This document shows positions 46,471 through 55,512 of a DNA stretch of 64,000 nt, piece by piece. Source of the DNA: a virus; IMG/VR virus record IMGVR_UViG_3300035169_000087, positions 35,072-99,071 of that record; one strand, 5' to 3'. The notes under the pieces are model-generated. The model was not told the DNA's origin, searched no databases, and was given only the letters and a program-made list of their open reading frames with translations. The position numbers were made by a program, and so were the translations under genes. Every line of letters begins with the position of its first letter. Within the stretch, counting starts at the first letter, position 1.

Positions 46471-48432
46471 GTGTCGCAGCCGACCGTGATCGTGCAGCAG
46501 GTCAACCCGCTCGTGATCGCGTCGGCGGCCGGGGCCCAAGGACCGCAGGGCCCGTCCGGCGGTGGCGGCGGAAGCGCCCTGGCGCGCACGGGCGTGAAGA
46601 CCGGCAACTACACGGCAGCAGCCGGGGACCTGGTTCCGGTCGACACCACCAGCCAGGCCGTCACGATCGCCCTGCCGTCCGCGCCGCCGGACAAGACGCA
46701 GGTCGCCGTGGAACTGGTCACTCAAGGCGGCAGCAACGCCGTGACGGTCGCGTGCTCCGGCAGCGACGTGCTGTCGAAAACCGGCGGACCCACCAGTCTC
46801 GCCCTGCCGCTACTCGGTCAGGCCGCGTGGCTCGAATACACCGCGGCCGGCGCCATCTGGACGCCGCTGTCCATCGGCTACCAGCTCGCGGCGCTCGACG
46901 CCCGATACGACGCCACCGGCGCCGCGTCGGCGGCCCTGACCGCGGCTGAAGCCAACGCCGCAGCCACGTACGTGCCGCTCTCGGCCGAGGGCGCCCCCAA
47001 CGGCGTCGCCACCCTCGACGGTTCGGGTCATCTGACAGCGGCGCAAGCGGCGAACTTAGTCGACCTGAGCGCCAATCAGTCCGTCGGCGGCACCAAGGCG
47101 TTCACCAGCCCCCCGACCGCGCCGAGCCCCGTCGGCTCTACGGACCTGGTCAACAAGGCATACGCCGACTCCATCGCCCAGGGCCTCTCGGTCAAACCCT
47201 CCGCGCGGCTGGCCACCACCGCAGCGCTGCCCGCGAACACGTACAACAACGGCGCGTCCGGACTCGGCGCGACCCTGACCGCCACCGCCACCGGCGTGCT
47301 GAGCGTCGACGGTCAGGCCGTGGCCGCAGGCGACCGCATCCTCGTGCAGAACGAGGCCGCGCCCGCGAACAACGGCCTGTACCAGTGCACTGCCGCCGGG
47401 GGCGTCGGCGTCGCCTACGTCCTCACGCGCACCCTCGACATGGACCTTGCCGTCCAGATCCCCGGCGCGTTCGTGTTCGTCGAGCAAGGCAGCGTCAACG
47501 CAGCCGCCGGGTTCGTGGTCGCAGGCGCCGGGCCCTACGTCATCGGAACCACCGCGATGACGTGGACGCAGTTCTCCGGCGCGGGCGAGATCCTGGCCGG
47601 GCACGGCCTGACCAAGACCGGCAACACGCTCGCGCTGGCCGCTCCCGTCGCCGCGAGCGACCTGCCGAGCCTCGACCAGCTCACCGCGCCAGCCAGTGCG
47701 CTCAGCCTCAACAGCCAGAAAGTCACGTCGCTCGCCAACGGGACACTGGCCACCGACGCCGCCGCGTTCGGGCAGATCCCCGTCGCCGGGGCCACTGCCG
47801 GGACGTATGCGGCCGGCAACGACTCGCGCGTCACCGGGGCCGCACAGAAGAGCGCGAACCTCAGCGACCTGGGCAACATCCCCGCCGCGCGCACCGCCCT
47901 GGGCCTGGGCACGCAGGCGCAGCAGAACTTCGGCACCCCCACCGGCGCCCTCGCCGAGATCATCACGCCCTGGAACTGCAACACCTCCGGCGGCTCACCC
48001 CTGACCGCGGGCGTCCTGATCCTCAACCTGATCCGGCCCGGCCCGATCCTGGTCACCAACCTCGCGATCTGGATCACCCTCGCCGGGATCACCGCCAACG
48101 GCGTCAACGCCCTCGCGCTCTACGACGAGAGCGCGACCCTGATCGACCAGACCGGCGACATGTCCGCGCAGTTCGCGACCCTCGGCCTCGCTGAGGCGCC
48201 GCTGGGGGCGCAACACCAACTCGCCGCGAACACGAACTACTACATCGGGGTCCTCGCGCACTTCTCCGGCACGACGCCGAAAGCCGCCTCGTCACTCGCG
48301 GGCGTCACGATCCCGGTGATGCGCGGGCACTACCTGTCGCTGACCAAATCGAGCATCGCGTCGTTCCCGGCGAGTTTCACCCCGTCCACGTACGCCACCT
48401 CGACCGCGGCGTACGCGATGCAGATGAGCTGA
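46471..48432 (+). CDS. tail/head fibre-like virion protein
   Basis: Ala/Gly/Thr-rich; GPQGP, NGVATLDGSG, NKAYADS, GDRILVQNE...NNGLY, WTQFSGAG, NLSDL...ARTALGLG fibre-type motifs. Confidence 0.7.
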   Translation: MSQPTVIVQQVNPLVIASAAGAQGPQGPSGGGGGSALARTGVKTGNYTAAAGDLVPVDTTSQAVTIALPSAPPDKTQVAVELVTQGGSNAVTVACSGSDVLSKTGGPTSLALPLLGQAAWLEYTAAGAIWTPLSIGYQLAALDARYDATGAASAALTAAEANAAATYVPLSAEGAPNGVATLDGSGHLTAAQAANLVDLSANQSVGGTKAFTSPPTAPSPVGSTDLVNKAYADSIAQGLSVKPSARLATTAALPANTYNNGASGLGATLTATATGVLSVDGQAVAAGDRILVQNEAAPANNGLYQCTAAGGVGVAYVLTRTLDMDLAVQIPGAFVFVEQGSVNAAAGFVVAGAGPYVIGTTAMTWTQFSGAGEILAGHGLTKTGNTLALAAPVAASDLPSLDQLTAPASALSLNSQKVTSLANGTLATDAAAFGQIPVAGATAGTYAAGNDSRVTGAAQKSANLSDLGNIPAARTALGLGTQAQQNFGTPTGALAEIITPWNCNTSGGSPLTAGVLILNLIRPGPILVTNLAIWITLAGITANGVNALALYDESATLIDQTGDMSAQFATLGLAEAPLGAQHQLAANTNYYIGVLAHFSGTTPKAASSLAGVTIPVMRGHYLSLTKSSIASFPASFTPSTYATSTAAYAMQMS

Positions 48433-48445
48433 GGGGGTAGCCGCG

Positions 48446-49096
48446 ATGACCGACACGCTCCAGGACGCCCCGCTCGGGGTGTGCGCGTGCGGGCAGCCCA
48501 ACGAGGGCGCCTACCAGCGGCACCTCGCCCAGGCCGAGTACGACGCGCTACCGGACGAGCTCAAGCCAATCGACGGGTACGCCGTCACCGCCGTACACGC
48601 CTGCGGGGACTGCCTACCCGACCCGATCTGCGCCCACCCCGACGAAGGCCCCGTGCCGTGCCCGGTCTGCCACGCCGAACCCGGTGCGCAGTGCACGAAG
48701 CCCGACGGCAGCCCCCGCCCGGTCGGACATCGCGAACGCGCCGCCGCACAACCCCGGCCGGACACGTGCACCCACGCCCACCGCGAGGACTGCACCAGCC
48801 CCGACGCCTGCCAGTGCTCCGGCGACGACCAGCCGCCCGCACGGCTACCCCGCGTCATCCTGCCGCCCACCCAGCAGCAGATCCTCACCGACCTGGGTGT
48901 GGCGCCCGCGATGCTCGCCCGCGCCGTCGAACTGATCGCGCAGCGCGGCATCGACCCGACCCGGGTGCGCGGCGGATTCCGCACCGGGCTCACCCAGGAC
49001 AACCGGCCGGCGATCCTCTTCGACTACGCGGTCGGCACCGACGCGCACGGCCGCGAACAAACCGAGACGCGCATCGAACCCATCGAAGTACCGTGA
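48446..49096 (+). CDS. Cys/His-rich Zn-finger protein
   Basis: CACG, CGDC, CPVCHAEPGAQC...H and CxHxH...CxC. Confidence 0.6.
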   Translation: MTDTLQDAPLGVCACGQPNEGAYQRHLAQAEYDALPDELKPIDGYAVTAVHACGDCLPDPICAHPDEGPVPCPVCHAEPGAQCTKPDGSPRPVGHRERAAAQPRPDTCTHAHREDCTSPDACQCSGDDQPPARLPRVILPPTQQQILTDLGVAPAMLARAVELIAQRGIDPTRVRGGFRTGLTQDNRPAILFDYAVGTDAHGREQTETRIEPIEVP

Positions 49097-50340
49097 CCGC
49101 CGCACCAGCCGCCTACCTCGCAACCCGCGACATCCCACTCGACGAACTCACCCCGTTCCCCGGAAACGCCAAACGCGGCGACGTCGAAGCCATCCGCGCA
49201 TCCCTGCGCCGCAACGGCCAGTACCGCTCGCTCATCGTGCGGGAAATCCCCAACGGCCCGCTGATCGTCCTCGCGGGCAACCACACCATGCAGGCACTCG
49301 CCGCCGAAGGCCACGCCGCGGCGCGCTGCGAGATCGTCCAATGCGACGACGCCACCGCACGGCGTATCAACCTCGCCGACAACCGCACCGCCGAACTCGG
49401 CACCTACGACGACGACGCGCTCGCCGAACTCATCACCGCGCTCGACGGCGACTACGACGGCACCGGATACGCACAGGACGACATAGACGCGATCCTCAAC
49501 CAAAACGAGGAACTGCCCGCAGTCCTCAGTGACCCGGACGACGTACCCGATACGCCTACCCGGCCCGTCAGCGCACCCGGAGACGTATGGTGCCTCGGCC
49601 CGCACCGCGTCCTATGCGGCGACTCCACCGACATCGCCGCCGTCGAAACCATGCTCGACGGCGACCGCTGCGACTGCATGTGGACCGACCCGCCCTACGG
49701 CGTGAACTACGTCGGCAAGACCGCCGACGCCCTCACCATCGAGAACGACGGTGCCGGGAACCTGCCGGAACTCCTCGCTGGCGCCTTCGCCGTCGCAACC
49801 GCCGCGCTCACCCCAGGCGCAGCGGTATACATAGCGCACCCGCCGGGTGCGCTATCGAAGACCTTCCGGGACTCATTCGACGAAGCCGGATGGTCGTACC
49901 GGCAGGGCCTCGTCTGGGTCAAGGACACACTCGTACTCGGGCGCTCCGACTACCACTACCGGCACGAACCGATCATGTACGGGTTCACCGATGGCGGCGA
50001 AGGCCGCCGGGGACGCGGCGGCGAGAACTGGCACGGCGACAACGCGCAAACCAGCGTCTTCGAGATCCCGAAACCGCCGCGCAACCAAGAGCACCCGACC
50101 ATGAAGCCCGTGGAACTCGTCACCCGGTGCCTCAGCAACTCCACCGCCCCTGGCGCCCGGGTATACGAGCCGTTCGGCGGTAGCGGGACCACGCTGATAG
50201 CGGCCCACACGATCGGGCGCATCGCACGCGTCGTCGAACCGGCATCAAGCCGATACTCGCCTCAACAGGCCAGCCACACGACTTCACCTAGCCAGCGTTC
50301 GCCGAACGCATGGAAAGCCGAACGCGCCAACAGGGGGTGA
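49093..50340 (+). CDS. ParB-like N-terminal domain + DNA adenine methylase; C-terminus apparently frameshifted
   Basis: PFPGNAKRGD...LAGNHT...LADNRT (ParB-like); GDST, TDPPY, HPTMKP, EPFGGSGTT. Confidence 0.85.
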   Translation: MTAAPAAYLATRDIPLDELTPFPGNAKRGDVEAIRASLRRNGQYRSLIVREIPNGPLIVLAGNHTMQALAAEGHAAARCEIVQCDDATARRINLADNRTAELGTYDDDALAELITALDGDYDGTGYAQDDIDAILNQNEELPAVLSDPDDVPDTPTRPVSAPGDVWCLGPHRVLCGDSTDIAAVETMLDGDRCDCMWTDPPYGVNYVGKTADALTIENDGAGNLPELLAGAFAVATAALTPGAAVYIAHPPGALSKTFRDSFDEAGWSYRQGLVWVKDTLVLGRSDYHYRHEPIMYGFTDGGEGRRGRGGENWHGDNAQTSVFEIPKPPRNQEHPTMKPVELVTRCLSNSTAPGARVYEPFGGSGTTLIAAHTIGRIARVVEPASSRYSPQQASHTTSPSQRSPNAWKAERANRG

Positions 50341-50343
50341 GCG

Positions 50344-50859
50344 ATGCCGCGCCGCCGCTCCCCCGAAACCATGGAGAAGGACGCCAGGGCCTACGACCTG
50401 TTCCGTCGCGGCCTGTCCTACCGGCAGATCGCCACGGAAATCGGCTACGCGAGCACCGGCACCGCATTCGAGGCCGTGCGCCGCGCCGCGAAGGAATCCA
50501 CCAGCGACGCACTCAAGGACGCCGAAGCGACACAGGCATTCCTCGACCGGTTCCAGGACTACCGGCGCGCCGCCCAGCGAGTCCTATCCACCCGGCACTT
50601 CGTCACCACCCAAGGCGGCAAGCTCGTTACCGGCCTGGATGGGCAGCCGCTCATCGACGACGATCCGGTGCTGCGCGCGCTCGACCGCCTACTGAAGATC
50701 GACGACACCGAGCTGCGGCTACGCGACCTGTACCCGGCGGCGAAGTCCCGCGTCGAAGTTATCACCGAAGACGCAGTCGATGCCGAGTGCGCCAAGCTCA
50801 TCGAGGAGATCCAGGAGCGGGAGCGTGAAGCCGCCGCTACTGATCCAAGCGCCGCCTGA
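50344..50859 (+). CDS. terminase small subunit (putative)
   Basis: N-terminal HTH (GLSYRQIATEIGY); directly upstream of TerL. Confidence 0.7.
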   Translation: MPRRRSPETMEKDARAYDLFRRGLSYRQIATEIGYASTGTAFEAVRRAAKESTSDALKDAEATQAFLDRFQDYRRAAQRVLSTRHFVTTQGGKLVTGLDGQPLIDDDPVLRALDRLLKIDDTELRLRDLYPAAKSRVEVITEDAVDAECAKLIEEIQEREREAAATDPSAA

Positions 50860-52339
50860 CAAGATCCTGCTTCTTGCGCAGCTGCAGAAGCGGCGCAAAG
50901 AGCTACAAGCAGAAAGTGCGCACCTGCGTCGCCGCACGTGGCGCAGCCCGGGTGAACTGGCAGCGTATTTGGATCCACGCACAGTCCACACTCCCGCGCT
51001 GCGACTCCTCGATCAAAACCTGATCGACATCGCGGGGCGCCGCACGCAACGACTGCTGTGGACGATGAGCCCCCAGGAAGGCAAGTCCCAGCGCATCGCC
51101 CGCACCTTCCCGCTGTGGCTACTACTGCGCAACCCCGACGCGCGCATCGGCATCGCGTCCTACGAACTCGGAGTCGCCCGCCGCTGGGGCCGCGCGATCC
51201 GCAACGACATCAAGGCGCACCCGGAACTCGGGCTGCGCGTGCGCGACGACACCTCCGCCGCGCACGAATGGCAACTCGACGGCCACGACGGGTCCGTGTA
51301 CTGCGTCGGCATCGGCGGCGCGCTCACCGGCCGCCCCATCGACGGCGTCCTGATCATCGACGACCCGGTCAAAGGCCGCGCCGAGGCCGACTCCGATACC
51401 TACCGGCAGATAGCCGTCGACTGGTGGTCTGAGACCGCGTCCACGCGCCTTGCCCCCGGCACCCCGGTCGTCATGGACATGACCCGCTGGCACGAGGCCG
51501 ACCTCGGCGGCCACATGCTCGCGAACCACCGCAGCGAATGGACGTACGTCAACATTCCCGCGCTCGCCGACCACGACCCCGCGAAAGGCGAGAGTGATCC
51601 GCTCGGGCGCGAACCGGGCGAATGGATGCTCTCCGCGCGCGGCCGCGACACCGCGAACTGGGAGCAGCGACGCCGCGACGCCGGCTCGCGCGGATTCGCG
51701 GCCCTCTATCAAGGGCGCCCCGCACCCGCCGAGGGCACGCTGTTCAAGCGCGGCGACTGGCAGTACTACAGCAGCGCACTGGTGCGCTGCGGAAGCGACG
51801 GCGCATGGCGCGCTGACTCCATGGACGAGGTCATCCAGTCCTGGGACATGGCGTTCAAAGACACCAGGGGCAGCGACTACGTTGTCGGCCAGGTGTGGGG
51901 ACGCAAAGACGCCGACGTGTTCCTGCTCGACCAGGTACGGGCCCGCCTCGACTTCCCGGCGACGTGCCACGCGGTCGCCGCGCTGTCGGCGAAGTGGCCG
52001 CAGGCGAACGGGAAACTCGTTGAGGACAAGGCGAACGGCCCCGCCGTGATCGCGCAGTTGCGTTCGCGCGTGCCGGGCCTGATCGCGGTCACGCCGAAGG
52101 ATTCGAAGTACGCGCGGGCGTCCGCTGTGGCGCCGTTTGCCGAGGCGCACAACGTGCACCTCCCCGATCCTGCCGCGGCGCCGTGGGTCGGGGACTTCGT
52201 GGAGGAGTGCGCCGGGTTCCCGAATTCGGCGCACGACGACCAGGTCGACGCTATGTCGCAGGGCGTGTCCCGGCTGCTCGGCGACCAGGGTTCTGCGGAT
52301 CAGGCGATGCAATGGCTGCGCGGCTTCGCCCCGGCGTGA
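50825..52339 (+). CDS. terL: terminase large subunit
   Basis: Walker A SPQEGKS, LTGR, Walker B LIIDDP, TRWH, QSWDMA, VEDKANG, nuclease HDDQVDA. Confidence 0.93.
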   Translation: MKPPLLIQAPPDKILLLAQLQKRRKELQAESAHLRRRTWRSPGELAAYLDPRTVHTPALRLLDQNLIDIAGRRTQRLLWTMSPQEGKSQRIARTFPLWLLLRNPDARIGIASYELGVARRWGRAIRNDIKAHPELGLRVRDDTSAAHEWQLDGHDGSVYCVGIGGALTGRPIDGVLIIDDPVKGRAEADSDTYRQIAVDWWSETASTRLAPGTPVVMDMTRWHEADLGGHMLANHRSEWTYVNIPALADHDPAKGESDPLGREPGEWMLSARGRDTANWEQRRRDAGSRGFAALYQGRPAPAEGTLFKRGDWQYYSSALVRCGSDGAWRADSMDEVIQSWDMAFKDTRGSDYVVGQVWGRKDADVFLLDQVRARLDFPATCHAVAALSAKWPQANGKLVEDKANGPAVIAQLRSRVPGLIAVTPKDSKYARASAVAPFAEAHNVHLPDPAAAPWVGDFVEECAGFPNSAHDDQVDAMSQGVSRLLGDQGSADQAMQWLRGFAPA

Positions 52340-52349
52340 GGAGTCCACG

Positions 52350-52556
52350 ATGTTGATGCCTCGCAGGCTCGGCGGCAGTTTCGGTGCGACCAGCGGCTTG
52401 TTCCGGGTGCTGCTGTGCCGGGCCGGCGGACGCGGGTTCTGTGGCGCGCACTGGACCGCGAACGACTCGCACGCCCTCGCGGATCATCTGCGTGAGCGCG
52501 GCGTCCACGAGGCGATCTGTAGCAGCGGCGCGCTGAACGGCGTCCCGGTCACCTAG
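52350..52556 (+). CDS. small hypothetical protein
   Basis: GAGGAG RBS. Confidence 0.45.
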   Translation: MLMPRRLGGSFGATSGLFRVLLCRAGGRGFCGAHWTANDSHALADHLRERGVHEAICSSGALNGVPVT

Positions 52557-52631
52557 CCCCGGACACCCCACCGGCCCGACCAGGCGTTTCCCGCACCCGC
52601 GACGACTTCCACCGAGGAGGTCGAACGACCG

Positions 52632-55445
52632 GTGTCCCGCCGCAGCAACCGCAACCGCACCCGGCGCCCCACCGGCCAGAGCTACCAAGTACGCCGCTCC
52701 ACCGACGCCGAAATGGCGAAAGCCGCCACCCCCGGCGTCGGGCCCGGCGCCACCCTCTACACCGGCGACCAAGTCGCCGCGCTCCTCAACGCCGGAATCA
52801 ACCCGCAAACCAGCGGCGGCTTCAACCCGCTACCCCGCCTCGACCCGCAAGTCGCCTTCGGCCCCGGGCTGCCACTACTGCCCGCCGCGATCGACCCGGT
52901 ACGCCGCGACACCGGCCGCCCCGAACCCCGCTTCAACGAATACCTCACCTCCAGCAACCTGCCCGGCGTCACCGACCGGCTCGTCCCCTGGAAAGTGCTG
53001 CGCGACGCCTCCGCCGCGGGCGGCGTACCCCGGCGCTGCATCGAGATCCGCAAGTCCGACGTCGCCACCCTCGACTGGGTCATCACCGTCACCAAGCAGG
53101 CCGTGGGCCGCGCCGAGAGCGAAAACCCCGGCCAGTCGCGCGCCGACGTGGAAGCCGACATGCGCAAGCGCCTCGGCCCACAGATCGTGCGCTGCACACA
53201 GTTCTGGGAGCGCCCCGACCCCGGTCAGGACGAAGACTGGATCGAGTGGATCAGCAAACTCCTCGAGGAACACTTCGTCCTCGACGCGATCGCGATCTAC
53301 CCGCGCATGACGTACGGCGGCGACCTGTACGCCATGGAGATCCTGGACGGCAGCACCGTCAAGATCCTGCGGGACTACCGCGGCGGCAAACCGGCACCCC
53401 CGTCGCCCGCCTACCAGCAGATGCTGTGGGGTTTCCCCCGCGGCGAATACGTCGCCGACGTCGACGAGCAGGGCAACATTCCCGGCGGCTACCCCGCCGA
53501 CACCCTGATCTACAAGCGGCGCAACGTGCGCGCCACCACCCCCTACGGGTTCAGCGCCGTCGAACAATGCCTCGAAGACCTCGACGTGTGGCTGCGGCGC
53601 CGCGCCTGGATCCGTGCCGAATACACCGAGGGCACCGTCCCGGCTGCGATGCTGCGCAACACCGCCGCGAACTCCTGGACCCCGCAGCAGGTCCTCGAAT
53701 ACGAGACCGCCCTCAACGACGCCTGGTCCGGGCAGACCCTGGAACGCCACCGGCTGCGGATCCTGCCGCCCGGGTTCGAACTCGAATCGATGCCGGACGT
53801 CGCGGAGCGCTACAAGCCCGAGTACGACCTGTTCCTGCTCAAGCAGCTCGCGAACCACTTCTCGACCACGATCGCGGAACTCAACTTCACCGAGACCGGC
53901 GGCATCGGCAGCAGCGGGTACCACGAGGGCCAGTCGGACATCCGGGAACGCACCGCGACGATGCCGCTGTACCGCTGGCTGCAGAAACTGATCACGCAGA
54001 TCTCGCGGCGGCACCTCGGCATGCCGGCCGAGCTCGAGTTCCGGATCCTGGGCCTGGAGGAAGAGGACGAGGCCGCCGCTGACGCCGTCGCCGACGCGCA
54101 GGTCAAGTCCGGGCGGATGACGTACAACGAGGACCGGGACCGGCGCGGGCTGCCCCGTTACCCGTTCCCCGAGGCCGACATGCCGATCCTCTCGACGACC
54201 CGCGGCGTGATCTTCCTGGAGGGTTCGAGCAAGCTCGCGCCGCCCGGGGAGACCATCACCCCCGTGGAGGCGCCGCCGCGTAAGGACGATGACGGCGACG
54301 GGGTACCCGACGACCTGGAGCCCGCGAAGGACGAAGCGGAGAGCGGCGACGCAGACACGCAGACGACCGACCGGCCCGCACCGCCTGCGGTCAAGGCGGA
54401 GATCGCCGCATACCGCAACTGGGCGCGGCGCAACCCCAAACCCGGCCGGTCCTTCCACGCCGAGATCCTCACCAAAGCCGACGCGCCCGCAGACATGGCC
54501 GGCGACCCGCGCGTCACGTTCACCACGGCGGGCGGTCGCGACCCCGCCCCAAAAGTCGGTGACCCGGCCCGGCCGCACTGGCCGGGCTGGGACCGGGACA
54601 AGGCGACCGCCGCCGTGTGGGCGCCCCGCATCCGCAAGGCCCTGCGCCGCGCGCTGAACACTAGGGCGCTCGCCGAAGCGTGGCTCGCCGCAAGCCACCC
54701 CGCGCTGCGCAAAGCCGACGAGGCGGACCTACCCGACGACTTCAGCGACCAGCCCGACGGCCCGGACGTGTACGGCCCGGACCCCGGCGGCTGGCTCGCC
54801 GAGTACGGCGTCGACCTCACCACCGTGCTGGCCGCGCTGATCGTCGGCCTGTGGGTCGAGGGCTACGCGATCGGCGACCTGTCCGCGACCGCCGTGCTGA
54901 CCGGCACGGCGGACGTCGACTGGTCCCGGTGGACGCCCGGGGATGCCGACGCCGCGCGGCTCGTGCTGGATGAGAACGGGCGCAACGGCCTGAAACTGCT
55001 ACTGGATCAGGCCGGGATCAGCATCCGGTCGATCGCCGCAGGGCGGCTGGACAAGCTCGCGCAGGCCCTGGCTGACGCGCTGGCGCGCGGAGACTCCTCC
55101 GCCGCGCTCGCCGCCGCACTGCGCGGGATCCTCGACGACCCGGCGTGGGCCGACATGGTGGCGATCACCGAACTGGCGCGCGCCACCAGTACCGCGTCGA
55201 TGAACAGCTACCGCGCCAACGGCATCGAAGCGACGTACTGGGCTTCGGCTGACGACGACAGGGTCTGTCCCCTGTGCGAGGAGAACGAGGCTCAGGGCGC
55301 GGTGCCGCTCGGAGCGGCGTTCCCCAGCGGAGACCCGCAGCCACCTATCCACCCGCTGGATAGGTGCTGTCTTCTGCCCTCGGTCGTGGCGCTATCCGAG
55401 ATCGACCCGGCCGATCTGGCTGGGGTCGGCGCAGTCAACGGCTGA
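52632..55445 (+). CDS. portal protein fused to a MuF-like minor head domain
   Basis: Follows TerL; EILDGSTV...YQQ, PYGFSAVE, MTYNEDR...GLP (portal); C-terminal TELARA...W...DDRVCPLC...PPIHPLDRC (MuF). Confidence 0.85.
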   Translation: MSRRSNRNRTRRPTGQSYQVRRSTDAEMAKAATPGVGPGATLYTGDQVAALLNAGINPQTSGGFNPLPRLDPQVAFGPGLPLLPAAIDPVRRDTGRPEPRFNEYLTSSNLPGVTDRLVPWKVLRDASAAGGVPRRCIEIRKSDVATLDWVITVTKQAVGRAESENPGQSRADVEADMRKRLGPQIVRCTQFWERPDPGQDEDWIEWISKLLEEHFVLDAIAIYPRMTYGGDLYAMEILDGSTVKILRDYRGGKPAPPSPAYQQMLWGFPRGEYVADVDEQGNIPGGYPADTLIYKRRNVRATTPYGFSAVEQCLEDLDVWLRRRAWIRAEYTEGTVPAAMLRNTAANSWTPQQVLEYETALNDAWSGQTLERHRLRILPPGFELESMPDVAERYKPEYDLFLLKQLANHFSTTIAELNFTETGGIGSSGYHEGQSDIRERTATMPLYRWLQKLITQISRRHLGMPAELEFRILGLEEEDEAAADAVADAQVKSGRMTYNEDRDRRGLPRYPFPEADMPILSTTRGVIFLEGSSKLAPPGETITPVEAPPRKDDDGDGVPDDLEPAKDEAESGDADTQTTDRPAPPAVKAEIAAYRNWARRNPKPGRSFHAEILTKADAPADMAGDPRVTFTTAGGRDPAPKVGDPARPHWPGWDRDKATAAVWAPRIRKALRRALNTRALAEAWLAASHPALRKADEADLPDDFSDQPDGPDVYGPDPGGWLAEYGVDLTTVLAALIVGLWVEGYAIGDLSATAVLTGTADVDWSRWTPGDADAARLVLDENGRNGLKLLLDQAGISIRSIAAGRLDKLAQALADALARGDSSAALAAALRGILDDPAWADMVAITELARATSTASMNSYRANGIEATYWASADDDRVCPLCEENEAQGAVPLGAAFPSGDPQPPIHPLDRCCLLPSVVALSEIDPADLAGVGAVNG

Positions 55446-55512
55446 GATCCGCACCCGCAGCGCACGATGAGCCGCCGCCGCGCGGCCCTTTCGCATACCC
55501 GAAGGAGGCGAC

